Source: Octopus sinensis
Taxonomy: Eukaryota
Direction: 5' to 3'
DNA length: 64,000 nucleotides
NCBI RefSeq assembly: GCF_006345805.1
Contig: NC_043003.1
Span: forward strand, 30,566,001-30,630,000
In this document: in pieces, positions 11,318 through 24,336 of the stretch
Layout: each line of letters opens with the position of its first letter
How positions within the stretch are numbered: the first letter of the stretch is position 1
Program-made: the position numbers and the translations under genes
Notes under the pieces: model-generated
What the model was told of the DNA's origin: nothing
The model's database searches: none
The model's input: the letters and a program-made list of their open reading frames with translations, nothing else

Positions 11318-12847
11318 TTAGTATAATTTTTCTGTTATGTGAATATGTTTATGCCTAAATAGAGTACCACTTTGTGAGAATGTTTTACCACAGATATCAC
11401 AGTGGAATGGTTTCTCTCCTGTATGAATACGTTTGTGTCGCGATAAATCACCAATCCCAGAAAATGTTTTACCACAAATTTCACAATGGTATGGCTTTTC
11501 TCCCGTATGGATACGTTTGTGAGAAGATAGATTGCTTTTGGTGGCAAATGTTTTACCACAGATTTCACAGTGATATGGTTTTCCTCTTGTGTGAAATACT
11601 TTATGAGCAGATAAACTATTGCTTTGAGAGAATGTTTCATCACAGATATCACAGTGAAATGGCTTTTTTCTTGTGTGAATGTATTTATGGGAAGATAAAC
11701 TACTACTTTGAGAGAATGCTTTGCCACAGATATCGCAATGAAATGGTTTCTCTCCTGTGTGAATACGCATGTGCTGAGAGACATAACTACTTGTTGAGAA
11801 TTTTTTTCCACAGATATCACAGCAGTATGGTTTCTCTCCTGTGTGAATGCGTTTGTGGGTCAATAAATGACCATTTTCAGTGAATGATTTGCCACAGACA
11901 TCACAATGGTATGGTTTTTCTCCTGTGTGAATACGTTTGTGCTGAAATAAATGACCACTTTGTGAGAATGTTTTATCACAGATATCACAGTGGTGTGGTT
12001 TCTCTCCTGTGTGAAAATGCTTATGAGAAGACAAATGACCACTTTGTGAAAATTTTTTACCACATATATCACAGTGGAATGGTTTCTCCCCTGTGTGTAT
12101 ACGTCTATGTCGAGATAACTGACCACTTGCAGAGAATGTTTTATGACAGATATCACAGAGATATGGTTTCTCTCCTGTGTGGATTCGTTTGTGGGCAGAT
12201 AAATTACCTGGACTAGAAAATGTTTTACCACAGGTATCACAAATATTTTTTTCATTTGTGTGAATATGTTTATGGGAAGAAAGATTACTACTCTGAGAGA
12301 AAGTTTTACCACAGATATCACAGCAATATGGTTTTTCTCCCGTATGAACACGTCTATGTTCAGATAATTGGCCACTTTGAGAGAATGCTTTGTCACAGAA
12401 ATTACAGCGATATGGTTTCTCTCCTGTGTGAATACGTTTGTGTCGGCACAAATGAGAACTTCTAGAAAATGTTTCACCACAGATATCACATCGATAAGGT
12501 TTCTCACCTGTGTGAATACGTTTGTGTTCAGACAAATGACCTTTCTGAGAGAATGTTTTACCACAGGTATCACAGTGATATGGTCTTTCCCCTGTATGAA
12601 TACGTATGTGTTGAGAGAGCAAGCTACTTGTAGAGAACCATTTACTGCAAACCTCACAGTGATACTGCTTTGACATTGAATGAATTAATTTATGTTGAAC
12701 TAAATTTTTTCTGGCAATGAATACTTTGCCACATATATCACAAGGGTAGGATTTCTTCCTAGTAATTTTCTGTGTCTCAATTGCTAATTCAGTATTCTCA
12801 GTTTGTGACCCACTGTCAACCTGCTTTCCATTCAATTTCACTTCCAT
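11318..12847 (-). CDS. ZNF-2: C2H2 poly-zinc-finger protein, 509 aa, 17 fingers
   Basis: Open ORF with 17 C2H2 repeats; first finger ARKNLVQHKLIH is homologous to those of ZNF-1 and ZNF-5. Confidence 0.95.
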   Translation of the reverse strand: MEVKLNGKQVDSGSQTENTELAIETQKITRKKSYPCDICGKVFIARKNLVQHKLIHSMSKQYHCEVCSKWFSTSSLLSQHIRIHTGERPYHCDTCGKTFSQKGHLSEHKRIHTGEKPYRCDICGETFSRSSHLCRHKRIHTGEKPYRCNFCDKAFSQSGQLSEHRRVHTGEKPYCCDICGKTFSQSSNLSSHKHIHTNEKNICDTCGKTFSSPGNLSAHKRIHTGEKPYLCDICHKTFSASGQLSRHRRIHTGEKPFHCDICGKKFSQSGHLSSHKHFHTGEKPHHCDICDKTFSQSGHLFQHKRIHTGEKPYHCDVCGKSFTENGHLLTHKRIHTGEKPYCCDICGKKFSTSSYVSQHMRIHTGEKPFHCDICGKAFSQSSSLSSHKYIHTRKKPFHCDICDETFSQSNSLSAHKVFHTRGKPYHCEICGKTFATKSNLSSHKRIHTGEKPYHCEICGKTFSGIGDLSRHKRIHTGEKPFHCDICGKTFSQSGTLFRHKHIHITEKLY

Positions 12848-13229
12848 AATTTTATTTTAATCTTTTCAATTCTATCTTTTTTCTTGATAATTTATAAGAT
12901 GAAAAAAGACTTTCAAATATATTTATTAGAATAGAATCTTGTTAGTAATAACCAGCAACTAAAAAACTCTTAAATCTGCTCCAATTAGCCAGATATATCT
13001 AGATATTAGTCTATACATAATCATCATCAGCGTTTAATGTCCATCTTCCATACATACATGTAAGTTAAGGCTTCACAGAAAATCTTCAAGTTTAATCTGT
13101 ACAGAAAATCTTCAAGTAAATATGATTCAAAATATTTATACAAAATCTTAATTTCAAGGAAATATTCTATATCCATTCAACCTAAAGTTATGTTTAATCT
13201 TCAAAAGTTGATAACTGTCATCAGACAAT

Positions 13230-14719
13230 CTGAAATAAAAAGGCAACATAAAGCATAAGGAACAGTGAAGAGTTAACATGAATATTATCGGAGAGGAAAT
13301 ATTTCATTATAAATAAGAATAGCAAGGAAGAGTTAGAACATATTTACGGAGGAAATGCACTCTGCTACAGAGATGTGGTGGACTGGATGATGATGATTAT
13401 GGGTGTGGAACTTAAAATGAAAACTTCCAGAAGTGATCAGTAGTCATTAATTATAACAAGCTGTGCAGAATGTTACTGAAAGCTTTGCTATTCTTTCATA
13501 TATAACCACCCCAACACCAATATTGTATAGGCTTCCTTTCAAAGAAAACTGGTAAAGCAGTATGTTCCCAAAATAACTGATATTTAACTCCCATCCTCAC
13601 CACACACATTGTATAGATTTCGATTATATCGGAATTTAATACGGAAAAAAAAATTGGTGGGCTCGCACACAAATAGAATGGAAACTTGAAATTTCTAACA
13701 AAAAATTGTGATGTATGTGTACGTGTCTAATATTTTATTTTTCATTCTAAATTCCGATGTAATAGTAATCTAAACCATCTGAAGAGTATTTGTAGAAAAT
13801 TTTATAAAAAATACCCACTTTTCTGAAAGTTATGAGGAAACAAACGCGGCTCGGGTGAACTTTTGCGAAACTTCTCTCCCAACCACTGAAAAAAGAAATG
13901 TTTTATAATAGTAATTTACATCATCTGAAGATTATTTGTAGAAAACCTCATTGAAACATATCTACTTTCTGGAAGTTAGGAGGAAACAAATTCGCGGGGA
14001 TGGACGATAGTTGCATAATAAAAGACGTACTGAAATTGATGAAGATATTGATAGATAGAGCAGAACTTTTAGGCGGAGGCGGTAAAGGACAATTACTTCT
14101 TACAGAATATCTCTATTTTCTTTTTCTGTTTAACACGTTCACAGTCGCGGTTTTTTACTGCAATTTACCGGTGACGCCACGTATTTCACGTGCTATTGCT
14201 TTCAATGTTTAAGGTATTCTTTCGTTTTGAAATGTAAATTTTTTAGCATTTTCACAACAGTTCGTAATTAAACTTTAATACTTAACACTGGTGTTATTTA
14301 AATATCCTCGAATTTTTTTCACGCTCAGGGTTGCTGAAGCGTGGAATAAACTGCCTGCATCAGTTGTTGACTGCCATGACACTGCATCCTTTAAGGCCCT
14401 CATGCTTCCCGAAATCCGTCGAAACTACACCTGATTATATATACACTTTAGATGAGTTGTAGTGCACCTGAGCACTGTACACAATTATTATTATTATTAT
14501 TATTATTATTAAAAATACAGAATAAAATATTTTCTCAAATTATGAAAACGTAACACCGGTGGTTCATATGCTAATTGTGTGAAGTTTGCGATGGACCGTC
14601 GCTGGTACATGTGGCGGTTAACGTGTTAATGAACAATCTCTGAAGTTAATTACATGAGATAATTAGTTACTTATAACACACAATGTAAATACACGTAAAG
14701 TAAGAAAAAATATACTTAC
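13230..14719 (-). other. Predicted 5'UTR intron of ZNF-2 (1490 nt)
   Basis: Donor GTAAGTAT at 14719 lies within the paralog-conserved exon-1 block; acceptor TTTTTATTTCAG at 13230. Confidence 0.55.
14325..14511 (+). mobile_element. CR1/L2-type LINE 3' end with (ATT)n tail
   Basis: Encodes RVAEAWNKLPASVVDCHDTASFK* (CR1-group RVxxxWNxLP C-terminal motif) followed by a short UTR and (ATT)n. Confidence 0.7.
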
Positions 14720-15284
14720 AAAGTTTATAGTAAAAGTGCAGTTGATATACTGGTATGGGAAGAATTCACCTCAAATCAGTAGAGAGTTCTATACAGGAAT
14801 AATTCCATTCGAGATTATTTTGTGTAAATATTTTTTACTTAAAATTCATTCATTCTAACAGTAGCACACCAAATGCAACTTCTTGTTTGTATAATTTGTC
14901 TAAGCCTTTTATTTATTTATTTAATTTTACTCAACTCTACATCCACTTATCTGTATTATATACGAGATCATCATTATTAGATATGTCAGTGACAAGTATT
15001 TATAACAGTCCAAACGGTAAACAGAAAGTTACGGGGGTAAAAAAAAACATCGGAATTTTGGTTTTGAAACAAAAATTACAGGATAAAAAGTATTCCGTTT
15101 ATTTAAACACCGGCAGCCTTTCGTATTATGTACATATAATGGCGGACAACAAAGTGAAAAAAATACACGCGCAAAAACTTTGTACGATAAACTTGTTTTC
15201 ATTTCACAGATTCCAACCTACGAAAACAGTTATAGTTTTCACCGAAAGTAAATATCACGCTATGCATGGAACTTCGCTCTGTAA

Positions 15285-15835
15285 ATTTTGATCCTTTCAC
15301 CGGCACGATTTTCACTAAGAAAGAAAAAAACCTCGGATTTTTTGCGTGGAATCAAGTATTCTGACCTCCTAATATGCTGCAACTCCTTCTTTTTGTTCGG
15401 AAAAAAGGGGGGGGGGCATATCCCGGAATCGTTGGAAATTTTTTTTCCCGTTGAATAAATTCTGGTGACTTAATATGCTACAAAACCCTTTTTGGGGTCC
15501 AGAAAACGGAGTGGGGTGAAGTGGAAACCTCGAAAAATTCACGCCCCCATCTCCATTGATCTTTTCACCCGCACGATTTTCACTAAGACGAAAAATAAAA
15601 CTCGGACTTTTTGCATGGAATCAAGTACCCTGACCTCCTAATATGCTGTAGACCCCTTATTTTTGTTCGGAAAAGAAGCGGGGTGGGAAACCGGACCTCC
15701 TCCCTCCCTCGTATCCCGGAATCATTGGAAATTTCTTTTTTTTCGTTGGCTAAATTCCGGTAACCTCAAAACCATTTTTGGGGTTCGGAGAACGGGGTGG
15801 AGTGGAACCCTCCGAAATTTCACCCCATCCCCATT
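15285..15835. repeat. Tandem dimer of a ~270-bp interspersed repeat unit
   Basis: Two adjacent copies containing GGAATCAAGTA(T/C)(T/C)CTGACCTCCTAATATGC; the same unit occurs direct and inverted at 35257-35825. Confidence 0.75.
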
Positions 15836-15942
15836 TTGTGTGAGAAGAGAGAGAGAGAGAGAAAGAGTGGGCGACGAAGTTTAGCTAAACATCGAATGGG
15901 TAACAACCTATCATAATAAAATGGTACTTCTATGCTCGAATG

Positions 15943-16192
15943 GTACTTTTTACGTGCCACTGGAACTGGCGCAGCCAATGCCAGTGACATCTGACTGGCC
16001 TCCATGCCAGTCACACTTGAAAAGCATCCACTATACTCTCGGAGTGGTTGGTGTTAGGCAGGGCATCCAGCTGTAGAAACCTTGCCAGAACAGGCTGCAG
16101 TCTCATTGCAACCTCCTAGCTTGCCAGTCTTCAGTCAAATCGTCCAACCCATGCCAGCACGGAAAGCAGATGTTAAACCATGATGATGATGT
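15943..16192 (+). mobile_element. RTE-LINE 3' UTR/tail copy ending in (GAT)n
   Basis: GGGCATCCAGCTGTAGAAAC...GTCAAATCGTCCAACCCATGCCAGC...GATGATGAT. Confidence 0.75.
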
Positions 16193-16756
16193 ATAATAAT
16201 ATATATAATTATTATAAAATGTTACCCATTCAATGTTTAGGTAAACTTCATCACCCCCCACACCCACACACTCTCTCTCTCTCTCTCAGAATGTACCCCC
16301 CAGCACAGGCTAGTCATTAGTGACTTTAGGCTCAAGGCCAGAAGGATACCAAGAAGCAGACCAATCCAGAAAAGAAGGATTTGGGAGCTAAAGAACCCTT
16401 CACATGGTCAGAGATTTATAGTAAAGAGTTTGACAGGATACAACAGGTTTCAAGAATACATCATGCTTCAGTGTTTACTCTGGTGTGATTTCTATGGCCT
16501 AATGTCCTTTCTAATGTCAACCACTTAGTGAGGCAGTTTTGTGCTATGGCACAAGGGGTTAAAGTGAGAGAGAAGGAAACAGAACAGGTTTCTTACTGTA
16601 GGAAAACTACACAATTATGCACATGATAGAAGAATTGGAATGGGTGGGATGGAGCAGGAAAGCGAGCAAATAGTGGTGATGAGGTATCAAAGTGAACCTT
16701 CAAGATACAAGGTGAGTGGAGACAGTAGAACAGGAAGCGTGGGTGAGAAAAAATTT

Positions 16757-16981
16757 ATTTCTTTATTGCCCACAGGGTGCTAAATATAGAGGAGACAAAC
16801 AAGGACAAAGGGATTAAGTTGATTACATTGACCTCAGTACATAACTGGTGCTTATTTAATCAACCTCGAAAGGATGAAAGCAAAGTTGACCTCGGGAGAA
16901 TTCAAACTCAGAACATAACAACAGACGAAATACCGTTAAGCATTTCACCCGGCATGCTAACAATTCTGCCAACTTGCTGCC
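16757..16981 (-). mobile_element. SINE family B with alternative 3' tail
   Basis: Head and core match 48101-48312, but the tail reads TTGTCTCCTCTATATTTAGCACCCTGTGGGCAATAAAGAAAT. Confidence 0.8.
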
Positions 16982-18989
16982 TTGTGGGTGAGTAGGGATT
17001 GTAAGAATGTATGGGAGGGTGAGAGATGGTTAGAGACAGAGAATGTAAAAAAATGGGGCATCAAAGCTATAATGGGTCGCTGTCTAAATAGACTCTCAAC
17101 CTGTTAGAAATCACAACTACATACTCATCAGATCACACACTATCATCTTAAGAAAGGAAGGATATATTGTATCTTTATATGTACTACAGTATAGAATATA
17201 TTATGTTAAAATACTGTAGTCCTAGATATACTGTGTCTAAATTAAAAGACAGGATAGTCTTAACTGAAATACTTGTGTTCTTAAGTTTGCTGGATCAGAA
17301 CTGACATGAGATTAAACAACAACCACAACATTATTCATACTTCCTTTTTTTCAAATAATTTACATTTATTTATTCTATCGATTTTGAGCTATAATTGTAT
17401 AAACATATCATGAGACAATATTTCAGACAATTTTTACATAATACCATTCTTTAAACTATACGCAGATATTAGTGTAGAAATAACTGATATAAATGGGTTT
17501 ACTAAATCAGTGTAACACAATGTGAGGTGAGAAACACCAGATAAACTATCAAAGATTTTTCTCAGATTAGAGATTTAATTATATTGTTAACTGCATTGGT
17601 TATTAAAGTTACTACTGTTACTCATCAACTGATGATTAATTTTGGAAGTATTGTTTTGCCACCATGAATGTCAGGAAATATGCCACATACATAATAATTA
17701 TAATTTAACTTCAAATTTGTGGGTGTTTATACAATATGAAATATTTATTAACTTTTTTTTAAAATGAAAACAAAATTATTCTCCATGTTGATTTCATTTG
17801 ATAGAAGTTCACACACACACTTACCCTGTGTGTATATACTCCCTCTCTTCCATCTCTATGATTCTCTAACATTGTGTGTAGTATTCAATTACTCATTGCT
17901 TGCAACCAGGCCTGGTATATGCACTTATCTTTCATTTAGCTTAACTCTGTATCTCTCTCCCCATCTTTGTATATGATGCAAAATGAGACTGGAGAAACCA
18001 ACATTTATACCAGCTATTATTATATAATGATTTTAAATTAACAATAATAATTTTGCAGAGAAGAGTAAGGCTAAGGAGTGGGAGTCATACATTTTAAACT
18101 AGGACTACTTCTATTACATTGGTGTCTGCTTCTCAGAGCTGGCTGGATTCATGTCAGTTCCAATCAGTCATTCACAACTCACTTGTTTCTCCTCTTCCTC
18201 CCCCTTGTCATGTCCAACCCTTTGGGTTCTACACTAATCAAAACTTCTAGTCCTTACTTCCCAGAATATTGGCCCTCTGGAATTCTCACTCTATTCATGT
18301 CTTTCCCAAAGTGTTTACTTACAAAGGCTGAAGAGGAACATCAATGGTATCAATATCACCAGCCTAGGGTTGCCTTTGAAGGCCATAAGCAATACTTCTT
18401 CCTCCAGACTCAGAAAATAAAAAAACAAAAAGAATTGTAAAGTCTCCTTTATAAAATTCCTCCAGATTAATGGTTATAGTGCCAGTTCAGTATTTTGTGG
18501 AGAATTCTAGAATATAGTTTATAAAATGAGCTGCAGTCTCTATCTGTTATAGAAGGTAAAATTTAAACCATTGGGAAATGGAGATGCTACACTTTGGGAA
18601 TGACAAATTTATAAGTCTATGTATGGATATTTTCATAGAATAATTTTTCAACTACTTGTTAGATGTGTCATCTTACACCACACAAAGTTCTAGAAAATCA
18701 AGTATGCTAAATATAATTAAATATTTTATGACTTCAAAATTATTCTAACTAAATAATATTATTGACACTATCTCTAACCACTTCTCTCAGCTTACTATAA
18801 ATCCCAGTATAGCACATCTCCTATAGGAATTTTATTGGGGTAGTTTCTTTAGTACTCATATATATTATTCTTTGAGTAGATTTTTAAGTGTATTTATTTA
18901 TGACTTGTTAAACTATCAATGCAACAATGTTTTCACAGTTGTAATACAGTAGAATAACTTCTGTATGGATAGAACTGTCACCAGTCAAA

Positions 18990-20330
18990 CCACAAATATC
19001 AGTGGCATGGTTTCATATTTGTGCTAGCATATTTGAGACAAGTTGTATCACATGATTCCTGCAAAACATTTTACCATACATATCACCTGTATGAATATGT
19101 TTATAAGAAGTTAATAAACAGCTCAGTGCCTATTATATATGTATATCAATGTTTGTGTTACACCCTATCTGAATATGAATGCAGTAAATCAAATGTCAGC
19201 TCCAAATTAATGTATTATCAGAAATTCTTTTGGAGAGAAAACCTATAGAAAAATCAAACTTGTTTGATTGTGTTGGGTTGTCCAGAAAGTTCATGCTAAT
19301 TTTTAAATGAAATTAAAAGACAAAATAATATTATGCCATTAAATATTTATTCAACTAAATATGAAACATTTTGTTGCATAACCTTTCCCATTTTACCTTC
19401 AAATTAAAGATTCCATCTTCCCAGAATTTCGGTGGTTTCTTGGCAAAGGACTCATTAAAGTTGTTTTTTATGTCCTCCAAAGAATTCAGATTTTTACCAT
19501 TGAGATTATTTTGTAAGGACCTGCATAAATGAAAGTCCAAAGTTTGTGAGAGATATCATTGAATAACCTTTAATGCTTAGGAAAATCTAATGTATGAACT
19601 TAGGTGAATTCTCGAGCAGTAACATTTGTAAAGTGAAAAAATGTTTTACCAAAGACATGCTTTCTCAACTGTGTGAATATATTTGCAACTAGTTAAATTA
19701 TTATTCTCAGAGAATCTTTAACAAGTGATACCTTAGAAGTATGGTTTTTCACCTGTGTGAATACACAGGTGTTTAGATGAAATATTCTTTATATCTCACC
19801 AGAGATACTACAATGATATGATTTCTTTGCTATATATCTGTGATTAATTAGATGTGCACTAGGCAAAAAAGTTTTTACTACAGATTTAACATTGGTACAA
19901 TTAGTTTTTAAGTTTTGTGTATACATTTGTAACTAGTCATATCATAAATCTGAGAAAATGTTTTACCACAGATATCACAATGGTGTGGTTTCTCTTCAGT
20001 ATGAATATATTTATGATGATTTAGTGTAGAATTCTGTGAAAATGCTTTATTACACATATCACAATGCTATGGTTTTTCACTAGTGTGGATACATTTATGA
20101 TATGCTCAGGTACCACTCTATAAGAATTGTTTACAACATATATCACAGTAGTAAGATTTCTCACCTGTGTGCAAACATGTGACTAGTCAAATATTCACTT
20201 TGAGAGAATATTTTATTACAGAAACCACAGTGATATGGTTTTTCTCCTGTGTGAATATGATTATAGTATGATAATGCACAATGCTGTATGAATGTTTTCC
20301 CACAGATATCACACTGATAATACAGTATCA
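18990..20330 (-). pseudogene. Decayed zinc-finger array (about 10 or more units), split by a mariner remnant
   Basis: [47 protein letters not shown] followed by stop- and frameshift-ridden 84-nt units. Confidence 0.85.
19272..19545 (-). mobile_element. Mariner transposon 3' remnant
   Basis: DFHLCRSLQNNLNGKNLNSLEDIKN...KFWEDGIFNLKVKWE is a mariner transposase C-terminus; terminus TTGGGTTGTCCAGAAAGTT. Confidence 0.8.
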
Positions 20331-21759
20331 TACAAAATTGATGTTGCACAACAGCAGCAGTACTTTCGTAAAATTTATAACATTGATAGAGCATGATAGT
20401 AGTCACATTTTCATAAAATCTCTCTCATAGACAAGATTTTATACATTTCCAAAACAAAACCCCAAGACAAACAAAAAAAAAAGTGATTTTTATGACATAG
20501 GTCTGTGACCAAAAATTGTTTCACCTTTATTGGTCAAATTGGATCAATTTTTACTTGCTGATTTCAAAAATTACAAAGAAAGTATCTATAACGAGAATAT
20601 TTAATGATCTCATGATGTCGCGCTCTGGAATGTTTACCTACATGAACAGCAAATCTGACCAATTGTCTCTTCACCTGGAAAGAAAATTCTTGAGATTCAT
20701 GCTTTTATGCTAGTTAAGTAGTTGTCTAAATCACAGCAGACTGCAGCTGGTATTCAAGCAAGACAAACCACGGCTTTCTTCTCCAACAATTAACAATTTG
20801 TGGCACCTTTCTTTTCCCATTTCCAGATAGCTAATGACTAAGCCAATGCAGTAAAGCTATTCCTACTTACTATTCTGATAACCAGTGAACCTGCGATAAT
20901 TTATGTATGATACATGCATAATTTTTCTATCAATAAACCTATTGAATATTTGAGAATTTGCTTTTGTTTACCTCATACAGCCAGCCTGATCTTACACTTA
21001 ATTAAAAAGGATACAGCACCGATCTTTCTCACAACTAACTACACAATGACAGTCTTCAGCAAACACAAATATGCAGGCTCATGACACCATTGTATCAACA
21101 ACAAACTTTGTAAATGACATTAGTTTGAAAATCAAATTTGATGGAGAGAAACAAAATTCTTGGTAGATAGAAAATAAAAACAGTACCGCTAACAAGAAAT
21201 TTAAATTGGGGATGTAGATTATCTAGAATGACAAAACTCCAATAGAAATTTATTGAATGGCATCACCCCCACCATGACAAGCAACAGCATTATCACAACA
21301 TCCAACTAGGTGTGCTTTTCCCACTTCTTTTATCAAACATTTGTGTTCATAACAGTTCAGTTGTGTATGTAACATAAAAATATTATTCTCAGTAACCAAT
21401 CACTTCCTCATTATTGCTTACTCTACCTATCATATGGTATGTAATGAAAACAAATTACATAAAAAGTTCTCAGCTTGGTGCAAGTCCCATTTTAGTATCC
21501 AAATTTTATTGTCTCACTGAATTACTGTTCTCATACATATAATCTCCCCACACAGAGAATTATTTTGTTAGCAGTAGAGGTTACAGCTTCTTCCATCTAT
21601 TGTTTGCTGCTGAAACAAAGCTATCAGTTGTTCAGCATCTGTTAATAAAATATCCGATTTGTTCAGTTTTCAGTCCTAAACCTTTCACATTGAATGTTAT
21701 TTTATAGTCTAAGAGGAATATGAATATACATATTGCTAGTTGAACTACAATTATGTGTG

Positions 21760-22096
21760 AATCATTGGCCAAAGATATCACTGTAGAATGTTTTTTTTCC
21801 TTAATGAAAATTCGTTTATGTAGAGTTAAAGAACCATTGAAAGTATGTCTTATCACAGATATGACAGTTATATGGCTTCTCCTCTGAGTGAATATTCATA
21901 TGAATGATTAGATTACAATTGTGAAAGAATGTTTTACTGCACAGCGGTATGGTTTCTCTCCCGTGTGAATATATGTTACTGGTTAAACTACGATTTTGTG
22001 CTGTTTTATCAGTTTTCTCCATGGTATGGTTTCTCACCAATGTGAATATGTTTGTGGTGTACTATTATTCTACTTTCAAAAAATATATTTTACCAT
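21760..22096 (-). pseudogene. Decayed zinc-finger fragment (about 4 units), cut by an RTE insertion
   Basis: IHMNIHSEEKPYNCHICDKTYF and related remnants; may be the 5' part of the same dead gene as 18990-20330. Confidence 0.75.
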
Positions 22097-22600
22097 AAGC
22101 TGGGGAGTTGCACCAGACTCCAGTCTCATTTGCCATGGCTTCTATGGCTGGATGCCCTTCCAAATGCCAACCACTTTATGGAGTGTACTGGGTGCTTTTA
22201 TGTGGCAGTGCACAGGCACTTTTACATGGCACCACATGGGTGCTTTTACGTGGCACTGCCATGAGTGCTTTTCATCACCAGAGGATCTAGTCTTAACGCT
22301 TCTAGAGTACAGGTCTTCTTGAGTACAACAAGGTTCAGTGTTCTGAGGTTGTTCTTCAGTACTTTATGCCATATCTTGCTGGGTTTCCCACATCAAGGTG
22401 TTCTATCTACTTTAAAAGATCAGCACTTCTTTATGGAGCTATTGTCATTCATCTGCATCACATGACTTAACCAGTGCAGTCTTTTCTCTTGCACACAGCA
22501 ACTAATCCCTTTTATACCTAACTTCTCTCTCAAAACACTAGCACTGTCAAACATGTATACTTACATTACATATCCAGCAGAGCCTACTAGCCTCATACAA
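22097..22600 (-). mobile_element. Decayed RTE-LINE 3' portion
   Basis: Shares CTGGATGCCCTTCC and GGTGCTTTTA(T/C)GTGGCA segments with the other RTE tails, plus degenerate RT C-terminal sequence. Confidence 0.6.
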
Positions 22601-22719
22601 TCTTCCTTTTACTTGGAGAGAGAAACCTTTATACACACACACATATAACGCTTTCTCTCTCCGAGTGAAAGGAAGATTGTATTATGCTGCATATATATAT
22701 ATGGTTAAAAAAAGGGACA

Positions 22720-22870
22720 GAGACAAGTAACGGAACAATAAACAAGGTGTATTAGTTTGATGTTCAGGAAAAATGGAAGTCTTTGACGTTTTGAGCCTAC
22801 ATTTTTCTGTGGAAAGGAACAGAAAGAGAAAACGGATGGAGAGAGGAAAAAGAAATGGAGAAAAAATTTG
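22720..22870 (-). mobile_element. Penelope-like terminal fragment with an eroded hammerhead-like motif
   Basis: GTCTTTGACGTTTTGAGCCTAC is homologous to 59620-59641. Confidence 0.55.
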
Positions 22871-22919
22871 AAAGGATTAATGGTTGCATATGCTAAATTT
22901 GAATATATCTTGCCAACAT

Positions 22920-23115
22920 ATGTCCAGTCAAATTCTACAGACTGTATATATCCAGTCAACAACTACAGACTATATATATTTATCCAGTCAACATCTACAA
23001 ACTGTATATGTCCATTCAACTTCTAAAGACTATATATATCCCGTCAATATCTACAGACTATATATCCTGTTGACATCTACAAACTGTATCCAATCAATAT
23101 CTACAGATCTGTAGA
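22920..23115. repeat. Degenerate ~28-bp minisatellite, about 7 units
   Basis: Recurring CATCTACAGACTGTATATATCCAGTCAA-like units ending in the palindrome ATCTACAGATCTGTAGAT. Confidence 0.7.
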
Positions 23116-24336
23116 TGTTTGATCAACATCTAATATATATATATATTTATGCAGACTGTGTATTAGAAATGTGTAGGCTGGTTAGGAAATGTCAGTCCCA
23201 ATTTTACTTTTTATTGATCTAAATTTAAAGTCAAATACGTTTCATTAATATAAACTATTCCAACATTATCTTTAAATGATTTGTTCAAATGCTTCAGCTG
23301 TTTTGTTGTTAGGTGCCACAACATAGTGAAAAATACTGGATATAGGTGAGAGCTATAGAATAGATTTTGTATTGTAAAATTAGTAAAAGCTATACTTTAA
23401 TCATGATATTCTTTTAGGAGCATGTGTGCATGATATCATTTGTGTATGCAACTGTTGGTATATTTTGTGGGACTGTAAGGTTATGTAGATGTAACTAAGT
23501 AAATGGCTGGATCTACGTGGTGCTTTTTCCAGAAAATTTTTAAGTTCTAAAAGTGATATGATCTGACAAGTTGTTTACTGCTCAGCATTTTATGTTGTTT
23601 TTTATGTTGGTATTGTGTATTTTCGTGGATAGCAGAAAATTGAGTCAAAAGCTTTGATGAAATTTGTGGCAATTAGAATAGGTTTCAATGTTGGCTTCAT
23701 TATTGTAGTGGACATAAATTTTCTGTATTAGATTTATGTGTAGTGGTCTGAATCTGAATTGTGAATTGGAGGAGTTGTGTGGATTAGTAATAAGGATTAG
23801 CTTTTCTGAGATTTTTATAAATGTATATACATCTACTAACAACACTTGAAGACCAACACAGTGTTAAACTTGATATTGTCAGCAATAGAAATAAGAACAG
23901 TTAAAAAGCTTCCACATAAAATCAGTCTATGAAATTTCACTCACAAGATTTTAGTCATCCTGAGACTATGATGCAAGACACCTTGCCAGAGGTGCCGATC
24001 TGGGGAGATCAAACCAAAGATCACAGCAGCAAGCAAAATCTTTTTAACCACACAGCTATGCCATCATTTTATCAGTTTTATAATTCACCTTTGGGGACAT
24101 ATCATTATCATCATTGTTTTAACATTCACTTTTCCATGCTTTCATGGGTTGGATGGAGTTTATTGAGGCAGATTTTCTAAGACTAGTTGCTCTTCCTGTC
24201 ACCAATCCTAACCTGTTTCAAAACAAGTTAAAATTAGGGTTAGATGTGTTTTTGCAGAATAAATGATACTGCTCGTATGAAAGTAATACTCATTTACAAT
24301 TGTCACATGATGTTAAGACAAGGAGACAAACACACA

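Noticed and set aside
11374-12673. Antisense ORFs over the ZNF genes ([14 protein letters not shown]-type; also 3354-3686, 27221-27469, 44840-45079, 55421-55647)
   Set aside because: They mirror the repetitive sense codons and have no promoter, splice or domain support.
22920-23115. CRISPR-like regularly spaced repeats (also 33515-33604 and 37990-38110)
   Set aside because: The units are directly adjacent and degenerate with no unique spacers, there are no cas genes, and the context is eukaryotic.
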